A program made the position numbers and the translations under genes. This document shows, piece after piece, positions 14,730-26,409 of a stretch of 64,000 nucleotides of DNA. Under the pieces are notes generated by a model. The model had not been told where the DNA came from. It did not search any database and saw only the letters and a program-made list of their open reading frames with translations. Within the stretch, counting starts at the first letter, position 1, and each line of letters starts with the position of its first letter. Source of the DNA: the human T2T-CHM13v2.0 reference genome, Homo sapiens; NCBI RefSeq assembly GCF_009914755.1, contig NC_060928.1, one strand, 5' to 3'.

Positions 14730-15180
14730 TTCATTCAAGAAGTAGTTATTGCTTATTTCTGTTCTGACAGGCACTTTTTTAGCACTGAAAATGCAGCAGT
14801 GAGTCAAACAGACAAAATGTGTTGTCTTCGTAGGGCTTACATTTTGGCAGAGGGAGACAAACAGTAAACAAAATCAATATGTAAGTTATGTAGTTATTAG
14901 AAGGTGGGAAGTGCTATGGAAAAAAATTGAGAGGAAAGGGGAGTGGGAATGCTGGGGACAGAGGACGGTGGGGGTGAAGGGAGTAGCAACTGCATATAGA
15001 AGATCAGGGAAGTCTTCACAGAGAAAGCGACATTAGAACAAAAAGATTTGGAAGCATTAAGAAAGTTAGTCACATGATTATCAGGGGAAAAGCATTCCAG
15101 GCATAGGGAACAGCCACTGTAAAAGTCCTGAGGTGGGAACAGGTCTGGCATCATCAAGGAAGAACAAGGAGGTCACTCTG
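14730..15180 (-). mobile_element. L2a-like LINE 3' region
   Basis: tcattcaagaagtagttattg...gacaggcact...cagcagtgag...gcattccaggcatagggaacagc...aaagtcctgaggtgggaac. Confidence 0.8.
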
Positions 15181-15412
15181 ATGGGTGCTGCCATGGGAAT
15201 TTGAGGCAATAGAAAGAGATGCTCATGGTATAATATAGGAAGTTACCCCAGACATGAGAATATGTAGCTTAGATACATGGAGTCAGCTTCATAAAGAAGG
15301 AAAGATGTTACCTAAAATGAAACTTTAATGTTCCTGCTGGAAAAGCCATGGTAATTTAGGAGTAAGGCAACAACCTTGGGGGATGGTGGCCCAGCAGTGG
15401 GCGAATGGAGGC

Positions 15413-15414
15413 GC

Positions 15415-15474
<60 letters not shown>

Positions 15475-15584
15475 CACACGCACATATATATACATATATA
15501 TACACATATATACATATATAAATATATATATACACACATATATATACATATATATACACATATATACATATATATACTCACACA
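15413..15584. repeat. Compound (TA)n/(CA)n microsatellite in place of an L1 poly(A) tail
   Basis: (CA)20 at 15429-15468 inside a ~170-nt near-perfect purine-pyrimidine alternation. Confidence 0.95.
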
Positions 15585-16221
<637 letters not shown>

Positions 16222-16537
16222 CTAAGAATGGAGGCTTTGACTCCTACAACTGGAGAGGCCTCCCACTCTCCCACACTGGTTTCTGCCTCCACCCTGTGGG
16301 CTGCATGCAAATGACACAAACCCAGACAAAAAGGAGTTTTGGAAGAGTGTTAGCATTAACATGTGATCTCATGCTTCATCTTTGGCATAGCTGATTCTGT
16401 TTTTTCTGATAGTTTAATCTTTCCCCAAAATTTTGCAGAGGGACAGAAAGACAATTTGGCGTGGATGTGTATCTGCTTCCTATAGTATATATTCCCAGAA
16501 ATGCAGAGGGGAGAGGGATATTGCAGTAAAAAATGGT

Positions 16538-16883
16538 TGTTATGGTCTAAATGTGTGTGTCTCCCCAAAATTCATATGCTGAAATCCTAACCCCCAAAGT
16601 GATGATATTAGGAGGCGGGGCCTCTGGGTGGTGATGAGGTCATGAGGGCAGAGCCTTACACAAGAGGCCCAAGGGAGCTCCCTCACTCCTAATGATGTGT
16701 GAGGGACAGGTGAGGACACGGCAAGAAGGTGTTGTCTATGAGCCAGAAAGTAGGCTCTCACCAGACACTGAAGCTGCTGGCACTTTGATCTTGGACTCCA
16801 GAACAGAGAGAAATAAATTTCTGTTGTTTATAACCTACTTGATTTATCATACACTGTTATGGTAGTCCAAATGGACTAAGACA
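16538..16883 (+). mobile_element. MLT1A-like MaLR solo LTR
   Basis: tgttatggtctaaatgtgtgtgtctccccaaaattcatatgctgaaatcctaacc...ggactaagaca. TSD atggt/gtggt. Confidence 0.9.
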
Positions 16884-17739
16884 GTGGTATCTAGTTAATG
16901 TAGAAATTTGGGGGATTTTAGGGGAGTACTGTACCTGACTCAACCAAAATCTACTAACAGATTTTCTTCATTCTAAATGAAATCTTAATTTAACAATTGT
17001 CCCTACAATCGATTGCCTTATTAAATGGTATTCTAGTATGTTATGCTAAACAAACAATAAATCATAAATTTAAATATCATATCTTAACCCCACTATAAGC
17101 ACTGAACTCAGATATTTCTAAGACAAAGAACAAAGATTGAATTATTGAATACCATTACTATGTGTTAAAGATGAGCTCTCTAAAGCCCATTAAAACGTGT
17201 GTGCTTGAATCCTCCTTTATTTCAAAAAGTTGGAAAACAAAGAATGAAAAACTTTGCCTCACTAAAAATATCTGTGCCAAACTGCAAATATGTATGAGGA
17301 AGTTGTCACTTAATAATAGCCAGGCAAACTCTTTCAAAATACCTGAAACCAATATAACAATAATTATTATTCACTTAAAAGCTCTGAGCTTAGCATGATT
17401 TCTATATTTGTGTGAGCTTTAGGTTATCATATTTGATTCTGTCTCATTTCACAGCAAAGCAATGTCATATATAATGATATTATTGACCTCAGAAAAACAA
17501 CTACCTGTTATAACAGGATATCTTAATCCTGCTAAATTAGTGGTTTGTCACTAATTTGCTCCAGCACTAATTTTATCAAGGTGCAAACACCATGCATAGC
17601 AATCCACCTGCATTTACTGGTATTAAAATCTAGGCCTTTTCTTCAACAACACTGCCACCTTCTGCTTAGTATAGACTTTCACTTTATTTCTATGCCTTCA
17701 AGAGTTGTGAGATTCACTTTGAAATAATATATACTTAAA

Positions 17740-17835
17740 AGTTAGAAGGGACCATGAGAATGTCTAATCAGGTCCCCACATTCTATAGATGAGGAAACTG
17801 AGGCCCAAAGGGATTAAGTCACTTACCCAATGTCC
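17740..17835 (-). mobile_element. MIR/MIR3 fragment
   Basis: atagatgaggaaactgaggcccaaagggattaagtcacttacccaa. Confidence 0.75.
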
Positions 17836-18439
17836 TACATTCATTTTCTCCAGATTAAATCTCACAGTTATTAATTCTCCCTAGTTCTCTTCCCACTGAC
17901 ATATTTATTATTAAACTGTATAGAGAAGTTACATCAAGACATTGATTATAATAATCTAGAAGCATGGAATCTTAGACTATGTTTTATACTTTTTGTTTAT
18001 TTGCATTATATAAATTTTTTATCATAAGCAAAAAATATATTTTTTCAATTTTAAAAGATTTGTATTTGTTCAATGTGTAGCCTTAAATAGAAAAATTATT
18101 CTAGATCAGAAAAGCAGACAACTAAAATTTTTTCTTTTAATCTCCTCCATTTTCTTCTGAATTATGAAAATGTCTATCAAATCAGGCACAATACCAATGC
18201 TAATGGGTAGGTTTTAGAAAAATAAGATGCAAGAATGTAGCATGCAAACTTAGAAGTAGCCAACAAGAATTGTGTTGTAAAGCTTTATATGTTTAGCAAA
18301 TCCTATAGATATATTTTAAAGTAGGCGATTTTAAACAATAAACTCGCGTTTAGCAGGGTTTTTTGAAAAGGTTTTCTGCCAACTTAAATGCCTCATTTGT
18401 TTAGGTTGGGTGTAGATTCTATCAGCATTTCTAGTATAA

Positions 18440-19560
18440 ACCATGCTTAGTGGAGAGTTACTATCTTTCTAACATAATACATATTTGTCAATATTTTGTT
18501 ACAGATTTTTTTGTCTATGTCACAAGGGATATTGATCTGTAGTTTTATTTTACTGTGATAACTCGTTTTAATATTAGAGTAATGTTGGCCTCATAAAATT
18601 AGTTTGGCCTCACATTTTCTGGAAGAGGTTTTTATAAAGCCAGAAATATTTCTTTCTTATATGTTTTATAGAATTCACTAGTAAAACTATGGTTTCCTTT
18701 GAGGTAAGGTTTCTATTTATGAATTCAAGTTATTTAGTAGAGATAGATCTATTCTCATTTTTTATTTATATTTTAGTTCATTTTGTTAATTGGTATTTTT
18801 CAAGGATTTGTCCATTTAATCCAAGTTGTCACATTTATTGGCACAAAGATGTTCATAAATATTTTCTGTTGTCTTCTCAAATTCTGTAGGATCTGTAGTG
18901 ATATCCCCTCTTTCAATCATTGGTGATTTGTCTCTCTTTTTCTTGATTAGTCTGATGAGAGGTTTATCAACATTTTTTGTACTTTCCAAGAAGTAGCTTT
19001 TGGTTGTATTGATTTTATCTAATGTTTCTCTAATTTTTATGTTGTTAATTTCTGCTCTTTATTGTTTCTTTCCTCCTACTTACTTTGGGTTCTTTTTCTA
19101 GTTTCTTATGATGAAAGCCAAGATCATTATATTTAAATCGCTTTTCTAACATAAGCATTTAAAGATATGAATGGATTTCTATACCCTGCTTTAGCTGCAT
19201 TTCACAAATTTTTATATATTTTATTTTCATTAATATTCAGTTCTATTTTCTAATTTCTCTTGTCATTTCTTCTTTGACCCATCAGTTTTTTTACAGTGTG
19301 TTGTTAAATTTCCAAACATTTCAGAATTCTCTAGATTATTATGTTATTGATAACTTATTTAATTCAGTTGTGGTCACAGAACAAATTCTGCATAATTTCA
19401 ATCCTTTAAACCTAGTTGAAAATTGTTTTATAGTTCAGCATATGGTCTATCTTAGAGAATGTTCCAAGTACACTTGAAAAGAATTCACATTCTCCCATTG
19501 TTTAAATGAGTATTCTATTAATGACACATAGATCAAGTTGGTTTAAATAGTTTTTTATGT
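18440..19560 (-). mobile_element. Old L1M ORF2-region fragment
   Basis: T-rich antisense L1 motifs (atattttgtt...gatattgatctgtagtttt, aatgttggcctcataaaa, gaattcactagtaaaact, ctttagctgcat). Confidence 0.8.
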
Positions 19561-20154
19561 CTACCAACTCAATATTCAAAGTATACATTTACTTTGTAGT
19601 TTAAAGTTTATTTCAATAATTTTTAGATCACTGTACTCACCCTGGAGTGATATCAAACCAGAGTTTAATATCATTGCCTAAGCAATTAATCAGTTTGAAA
19701 GCTAGAGACCACATGATTTCCTAAGTTATTCTAAAATTTTATAATTAGGCACAAATTTGAAATGTAAATTAGAACTCTTCATTGAAGGGTCAATGGAATT
19801 TTGTTCTAAAATATAAGATTAGTGAAATAAAAGGTAAAATTAAGAGTTATTCATACTTTTACAAAGTAGAATAAAATTTAACTTGTAAAATTGTCAATGC
19901 ATTTAGCCTTCTAGGTTTAATTCTAATTAACCTACATTATATGAAAAAAAATTAAAGTTCTTTGTCCTAAAGCTGGTGGGTTATTATGATGCTTTGCTTC
20001 CATTTTCTTAAAACTGGTTGGTCTGTAACTTCTTGATTTATGCTGTGGTTCTTGCATACTGTACTTCATAAAATATAGAATATAAATAAAGGTTAGAAAT
20101 TAGAGATTTCTATTATTTCTGTTAATTAACCTTAATTTAACAGAACCTTCTGTT

Positions 20155-20244
20155 CAATTTAACCTTTGGGGGCTGCATGCATATGTACATATGTGTGTAA
20201 TACTTGAGAAAGACTTCAAGATTTTCCCTGGGAATATATGCAGA
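20155..20244 (+). repeat. 90-bp dispersed direct repeat, copy 1
   Basis: 88/90 identical to 24325-24414; not recognisable as a known repeat. Confidence 0.93.
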
Positions 20245-20644
20245 GTTCTGAGATAGTACAGATACTGATCTGGGTATCCCACTGGAAGAATAGCTTACCT
20301 TCATTTGTCAGTCGTAGGATAATATGCTATACTCCACCACCCAACCCATTCTACTAATCAGCAATTGTGGCAAGAGCACCTAGAAATATATGCAAATATT
20401 CATATTCCTTTTCTTGTATTCAAAGCCAAGACCTCTGGGAGTTCTTTAACAGTTCAGAAGTTTAAGCTGCTTTTCTATCTCTTCCTCTCTCACCAGTCCA
20501 CAATGACTGCACCTGCTGGAATACTGAAAACTGTCATAAAATATCTAAGGAAATTATCATTATTTGAGAAATATTGAAGAGGGAAAGAATATCAGAGAAG
20601 GGCCAAAGTAAAGCAACAACTTGTTGTTAAAAGACATGAGCTTT

Positions 20645-20848
20645 ATATAAGGTGATGTAAAGGACTCTAGCGACTCAGTAGGGGGAGGGTAAGAGGAGGG
20701 CTAAGGATAAAAAACTATATATTAGATACAATATATACTACTCAGGTGATAAGTGCATGAAAATCTCAGAATTCACCACTATATAATTCATCCACGTAAC
20801 AAAAAAACAGTTCTACCCCAAAAGCTACTGAAATAAATTTTTAAAAAA
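20645..20848 (+). mobile_element. 5'-truncated L1 3' end (L1MA/L1PB4-like)
   Basis: ggataaaaaactatatattagatacaat...aaatctcagaattcaccactatataattcatccacgtaac...gaaataaa. Degenerate TSD aaaagacatgagcttt / aaaggatacgagcttt. Confidence 0.85.
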
Positions 20849-20879
20849 AGGATACGAGCTTTGAACATGAAGAAAGAAT

Positions 20880-21010
20880 CATGCCTGGTTTTTCATTTAG
20901 GAATTGTGTGACACTGGGCAGTTTTAGGCCAACTTCCTCATCTATAAAATGAGCATTATAAATGTTTTATAGACACATATAATACGTTGCATAGTACACA
21001 GAAGGTGATT
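20880..21010 (+). mobile_element. MIR fragment
   Basis: tgtgtgacactgggcag...ttcctcatctataaaatgag. Confidence 0.6.
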
Positions 21011-22778
21011 ACTAGGAATTTCCCTCTAACCACCCTCCAGCACACCTGTCCAATTCCTCTACTGGATATAACTTGATGTTTTAAGGACACAGTTTCATCT
21101 TACAGATTACGGTTGTGAAAGTAAATATCAGGAAGAATAGGTGTATTTCCCACACAAATTTAAGCAATGCGTTGTGACCATCCCATAGACCATAAAGGCA
21201 CTCGTTTTTGTTTTTTTTTTTTTAATTATCTGAATTCTACAATACATGGTCCTAAATCCTTTATTCTCCATTCCTTTTTCAGCAGCCAATCAGATTGTTT
21301 ACTGTATAAGTTATACTTACTGTGTTATCACAGGTGACAGTAGTCAGTAAATATTAACTAAGGTTCAAGAAGTGTGCTTTACAGTAGTAAGAATTGAAAA
21401 GTATTTATTCTTAGAATTTTAATCACATTATAATTAAATAATATGTATACTAATGAGTCATTAGTGAATTGAGAGGTAAAAATTTTCAGATATTCTTCTT
21501 TTGAAATTACCTCTACTTGTATAATTTTGTTTCTAAGGGAAAGTTCATCATTGCTTAACAGATCGAACATTTGGTTGAGAAGCTTTTAACTCCTAACATA
21601 TAATGAGGACAGATTTCGTTAATCATGGTGGCTACCATGCCAGCAGCCCCTGCAAATGGAAACTGCCCCATGCCCACAGCTTCTGCATAGTTTGAAAGTC
21701 CGGGCAACATCTTCTGATTGGACTAAGATGATTATTGACCCATAAGAAGTCAATCCACAGTCTAGTCAGTAATCTATAATATTATTTGACCTGAAAAATA
21801 TCAACCTCTGTCTTAGGAAATTTAAAATTGTTAAAAATATATATTATATCTATTAAAGAAAGCCAGTGAAGGCTCATGGAAAAATATAGGATGAAGGAAA
21901 CTGTGAGAGCTGAATTTATGAGCAAACCAAAATTATGAGTAAGCAGAAGGCATAAGGTAGAGAAAAGATATATAAAGAATGGAGGGTGATGAATAAAGTC
22001 AGTAGAGTGAGGAGAATGAAACAGACACATGAAAGGTAACTGAATCACAATAATGGCAGAGCCCTTGACTCAAAATCAATAGACTCCTGCTGTCCAAATC
22101 CCTAGATCTGCCTTGAATTCTGAGCTGATGTCTAGTTCTGGTTTCTTCTTGATTCTCATATGTTGTGTCCTCCCCTCACCCCAAATTGCTTGAAACAAAT
22201 TGATTTTCAAATCTTTCCAATCAAATCAGTGTAGTGAGAATAAAGAGATTAAACTGTCTACTGCTTCCGTGGTATTCTTATTGCTTGAATAAGCATCTGA
22301 TGGTAATGTATTTGTTATTGATCCTTCCCTCATAAAAGATTAGTACAGAAATAATAATAAAGTTTATTTAATTATCAGTTTTTCAGATTTCATTTTAAGT
22401 AGCATTTAGGCACTCTGTTATGCAACTGTTGGGTGAAGGCAGATTGAATCCAGAAATAAAGAAATACAGAATCTAGATTGAGAATAATCAAGGCTAAACT
22501 CTCCATGTACAACAAAGCCAGCTCCACAAAAGAAAGAATATTAGGTACTATTATTATAACCATATTAAAAGATTCACAAGCCAATGGTCTTAGATCTACA
22601 GGAAAAAAATAAGTCAAATTTTTAGTGTTTCATATGTAGTTGTATGTTAAGTACACAATCCCTAACTCCAATACACAAAATAGAAATGGAGAAATCTGAT
22701 GAAATCACATATAGGCAAAATATTCAGATTACCAAATTTGAGAGATGAATAAGATAAACTGAATGAAATGCTAGGAGA

Positions 22779-22910
22779 GGCTGGGCACGGTGGCTCACGC
22801 CGGTAATCCTAGCACTTTGGGAGGCTGAGGCAGGTGAATTGCCTGAGCTCGGGAATTTGAGACCAGCCTGGGCAACATGGCAAAACCCATCCCTAAATAA
22901 ATAAATAAAT
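22779..22910 (+). mobile_element. FLAM-C / left Alu monomer
   Basis: Single monomer with a (TAAA)n tail. TSD aatgctaggaga (22767-22778) / aatgctgggaga (22911-22922). Confidence 0.9.
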
Positions 22911-23099
22911 AATGCTGGGAGAGGAAGGGGAGAGAGAGAGAGAGATCAGTGGAGAGAGGATATTCTAGAGGTTAAAATTATGCTCCAAAACCTATATACA
23001 AATACACTTTAGACTTCACAAGGAAAATTAGGGCAGGCTGGAGAAGCATTAGTCAGGCCTGGAAAAAAAGTAAAAACAGGCTGAAGAATGGTAGGATGA

Positions 23100-23400
23100 T
23101 GGAGTGTAGTGGCTCATGCTTGTAATCCCAGCACTTTGGCAGGCCTAGGTGGGAGGATCGCTTGATCCGAGGAGTTCAAGACCAGCCTGGGCAACATGGT
23201 GATACCCCCATCTCTACCAAAAAAAAAAAAAAAAAAAAAATTAGCTGGGCATGGTGGAGTGCAACTGTGGCCCCAGCTACTCAAGAGGCTAAGACAGGAG
23301 GATCACTTGAGCCCAGGAGTTCAAGGCTGCAGTGAGCCATGATTGCACCACATGCCTAGGTGACAGAGTGAGACCCTGTCACAAAAACAAAATTTAATAA
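23100..23400 (+). mobile_element. AluJ
   Basis: AluJ diagnostics (ggaggatcgcttga, gagcccaggagttcaaggctgcagtgagccatgattg); long central A-run. Confidence 0.93.
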
Positions 23401-23481
23401 AGAATGGGGAAGACAAATGCTCCATTCATCTTTCACCATCTCAGATTTCTTTATCAATAAGGCGTTATAATTTGTATTCTT

Positions 23482-23782
23482 GGCTGGGCGCGGTGGCTCA
23501 CACCTGTAATCCCAGCACTTTTGGAGGCTGAGGCGGGTCAATCATGGGGTCAGGAGTTCAAGACCAGCCTGGCCAAAATGGTGAAATCCCGTCTCTACTA
23601 AAAATACAAAAATTAGCCAGCCATGGTGGCAGGCGCCTGTAATCCCAGCTACTCGGGAGGCTGAAGCAGAGAATTGCTTGAACCCAGGAGGCGGAGGTTG
23701 CAGTGAGCCAAGATCACACCACTGCACTCTAGCCCGGGTGACAGAGCAAGACTCTATCTCAAAACAAACAAACAAACAAAAA
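23482..23782 (+). mobile_element. Alu (AluSg/Sc-like)
   Basis: Full dimer, (CAAA)n tail, TSD ttgtattctt on both sides. Confidence 0.96.
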
Positions 23783-24324
23783 CTTGTATTCTTTAGTTCA
23801 ATGTTGTAATGCATTTAGCTATGAAAAGAAATTAAGAAGGCATTTACAGTCAATATTGAAAATAAAAATATGTTGCTCATGGAACCCCAATTACATTTTT
23901 GTTAAATTATGTTAATGCACTTATGTGTTTGTTTATGGGATGCCTGAGAACCTTGATCCATATTATACGCCCTTCTAATTTTCATCATGTGGCTTTGGTT
24001 TTTTCAGACTATCTTATTTCCCCAAGATATGTGATGTTTTGTGCTCTGTGTAAATAATAATTAAAATCAAGTCAAGATTATATGTAGCTAGTTGTGCCTG
24101 ACTCACTCAAGGGATATGCCCCTGAAAGATATTACCCATCCCACCTCCATAGCCATCACTACCACCAGATATCAGAATGTAGTACTCATATAAGACCTTA
24201 CTGATGGAAGTTAGGCCTGGTGATATAGTATCGACATTGGGGCGGAATAGGATGTAAATAAATATAACCACCACTCTATGACTATTATGGGGAAATACAT
24301 TCCATATCCTAGTGAATGAGCTAA

Positions 24325-24414
24325 CAATTTAACCTTTGGGGGCTGCATGCATATGTACATACGTGTGTAATACTTGAGAAAGACTTCAAGATTTTCCATG
24401 GGAATATATGCAGA
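24325..24414 (+). repeat. 90-bp dispersed direct repeat, copy 2
   Basis: 88/90 identical to 20155-20244 (offset 4170 bp). Confidence 0.93.
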
Positions 24415-25649
24415 ACTCTTTAAAAATCCAAGGGAAAAAATAACTATTTTAGTGTTGCTTCACTCAAGAAAAACATTGCATTAACACATTTGTTTTGAGA
24501 CGTCAAAACTTTCACCAAGGGTAGAGAGGCATTGTTTTTACACATTGCCTGAAGGTGAGTTCAAAAAGAAAGGTGCCAAATGTTCGTGTCATATTAAATG
24601 TTAAAAGTTTTGTAATCTGTTATAAAGTTTAAATGACAGGGTAAATAAATTTTTTAATGGCCATAGAGAGAAAAACTGAATTCACTTTTTTGGGAGCCTA
24701 TTAAATTAAAGTGATTTTTAGCACACTTGGCATTCTCCTTGCTTCAAAGAGAAATAATAATTCAGAGACCAGCCCTTTTTTTATTCCTCTGAGAGGCATA
24801 AAAAACAATGACTGAAATGACTTTGAGAGGAGAAAAAGAACTGACAGCCAGCAGGGAGAGTGGATACTGCTGTGATAAAAGGACTTAGAAGTAAAAAATA
24901 TATTCAGGGTAAAGGAAGTAAAAGTGTAGTGGAAATGGAGAAACAAGCACAGAAGAATGGATGGGTCAGGGAAAATCATAAATACTATAAAAGTTTTGCA
25001 TTCAAAACATAAAATATAGGACACAATATTGACCAGAAAAAAAACTCTGAGAAAAAAAACACATTACTTCTAATGCCTGTAAAATATATTCATGCTATGA
25101 AATTCCTTTTTTAGTGTACTCGTTATTTCCAAAGCTGGCATCATGACTAAATAGATTGTCACATTTACTATATTTATCACTTATCCTTAGTTACTAAAAA
25201 CTCCAAATTAAATTTCAATAAGGAAAAATAAAGAAATGAGAAACAAAGTCTCTACCTCTTTAAGAAACATACTTGCTTCCTTTTTCCATTGCATTGCAAG
25301 AATTTTTGCATGAAGTAATCATCAAACCTGTGAATTTCCTTTTTAAACTTCTTTCTTTAATTTTACAACCAATGCTCAACTAAAATTTTAGAGGTTAAGT
25401 AGCTGCCCTACCCAAAATATATTTGTCTTTTTTATGAAGTATCAAACCAAAAACAGCAAATATCAAACAGAAGTTTTGTAAAATACAATCTTAACAAGTC
25501 CCATTTATGTACTAACATGAATCCCAAAACTCTGCCCAGTAATGCAGTTAATCTTTTACTAATTGTAAAGTAAGTATATCCTCATTAGAATGACTTCTTT
25601 CTTTCCTCAGAACCTTGCAAGGCAAGTACCTGTTCACAGCATTAAATGC

Positions 25650-25755
25650 CATCATATGTACAATCCAGAGAAGCACCATTCACTTTGGGGCTCATATACA
25701 TGGTGCCCCCTGGAATTGTGCAGTATACAGGCTATGTGACAGTACATGAAAGCCA
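25650..25755. mobile_element. MER91-like hAT MITE fragment
   Basis: atggtgccccctggaattgtgcagtatacaggctatgtgacagtac resembles the MER91 core; family from recall. Confidence 0.55.
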
Positions 25756-25899
25756 TAGCAGTATTTATATTTGCCATAGTCAATTTTCCTGCTGTCCTAT
25801 ATCATTAACCTCAATTTCAAAAAGTAACAGCAACAAATTTGTTATTATTTATTATCAAAACTGAATCTATCTTTATCATTCATTTCCTAGTTAGGTGTT

Positions 25900-26125
25900 G
25901 TGAAAAGAACACCAGCCTTCCTTCAGACACATTTAGTTTAAATCTCAAATCTGCCACTCACTATCCATGATATTTTCTACAAATTATCCATCCTCTTGGC
26001 CTCAACTTCCTCATGCCTAATAGGATTAGCTATGTCTCAAATAATTGTCATAGGCATTAAATGTTAATAATGTAGGTAAACTTCCTGACCCTGAATAGGT
26101 ACTCAACAAATATTAATTGTTATTA
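25900..26125 (+). mobile_element. MIR SINE
   Basis: aaatctcaaatctgccactcacta...gcctcaacttcctcat...gtactcaacaaatatt. Confidence 0.75.
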
Positions 26126-26409
26126 TTATCATAGCACCAACATACTCAATCTTACAAACTTGGATTATTAAAAATTCCAAAGGTTAAGGGGCTCTGGATT
26201 TACATAGGAGCTCAGAACTGAAAACTGTGCCCCTGATTAGATAATTGTCATAAACAATATGCATGGCATTCTGTATTTTAATATATGTATAAATAAGAGT
26301 TGTGTCATATGGAGATTTGAATATTTTCATATACACATCCACATATAATTCTCCATAACATACATGTATTTAAATAAAGGAATATTAATATATATGATAA
26401 CAGTTAAGA

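Noticed and set aside
14375-15405. Weaker CTCF-like strings (ccactagaggaaac ~14378; ccagcagtgggcga ~15391)
   Set aside because: Mismatches at core positions; expected by chance
24211-24399. 62-aa hydrophobic ORF overlapping duplicate copy 2; possible pseudogene or NUMT
   Set aside because: No similarity to any protein or mitochondrial sequence that I can recognise; short; the ATG is absent from copy 1
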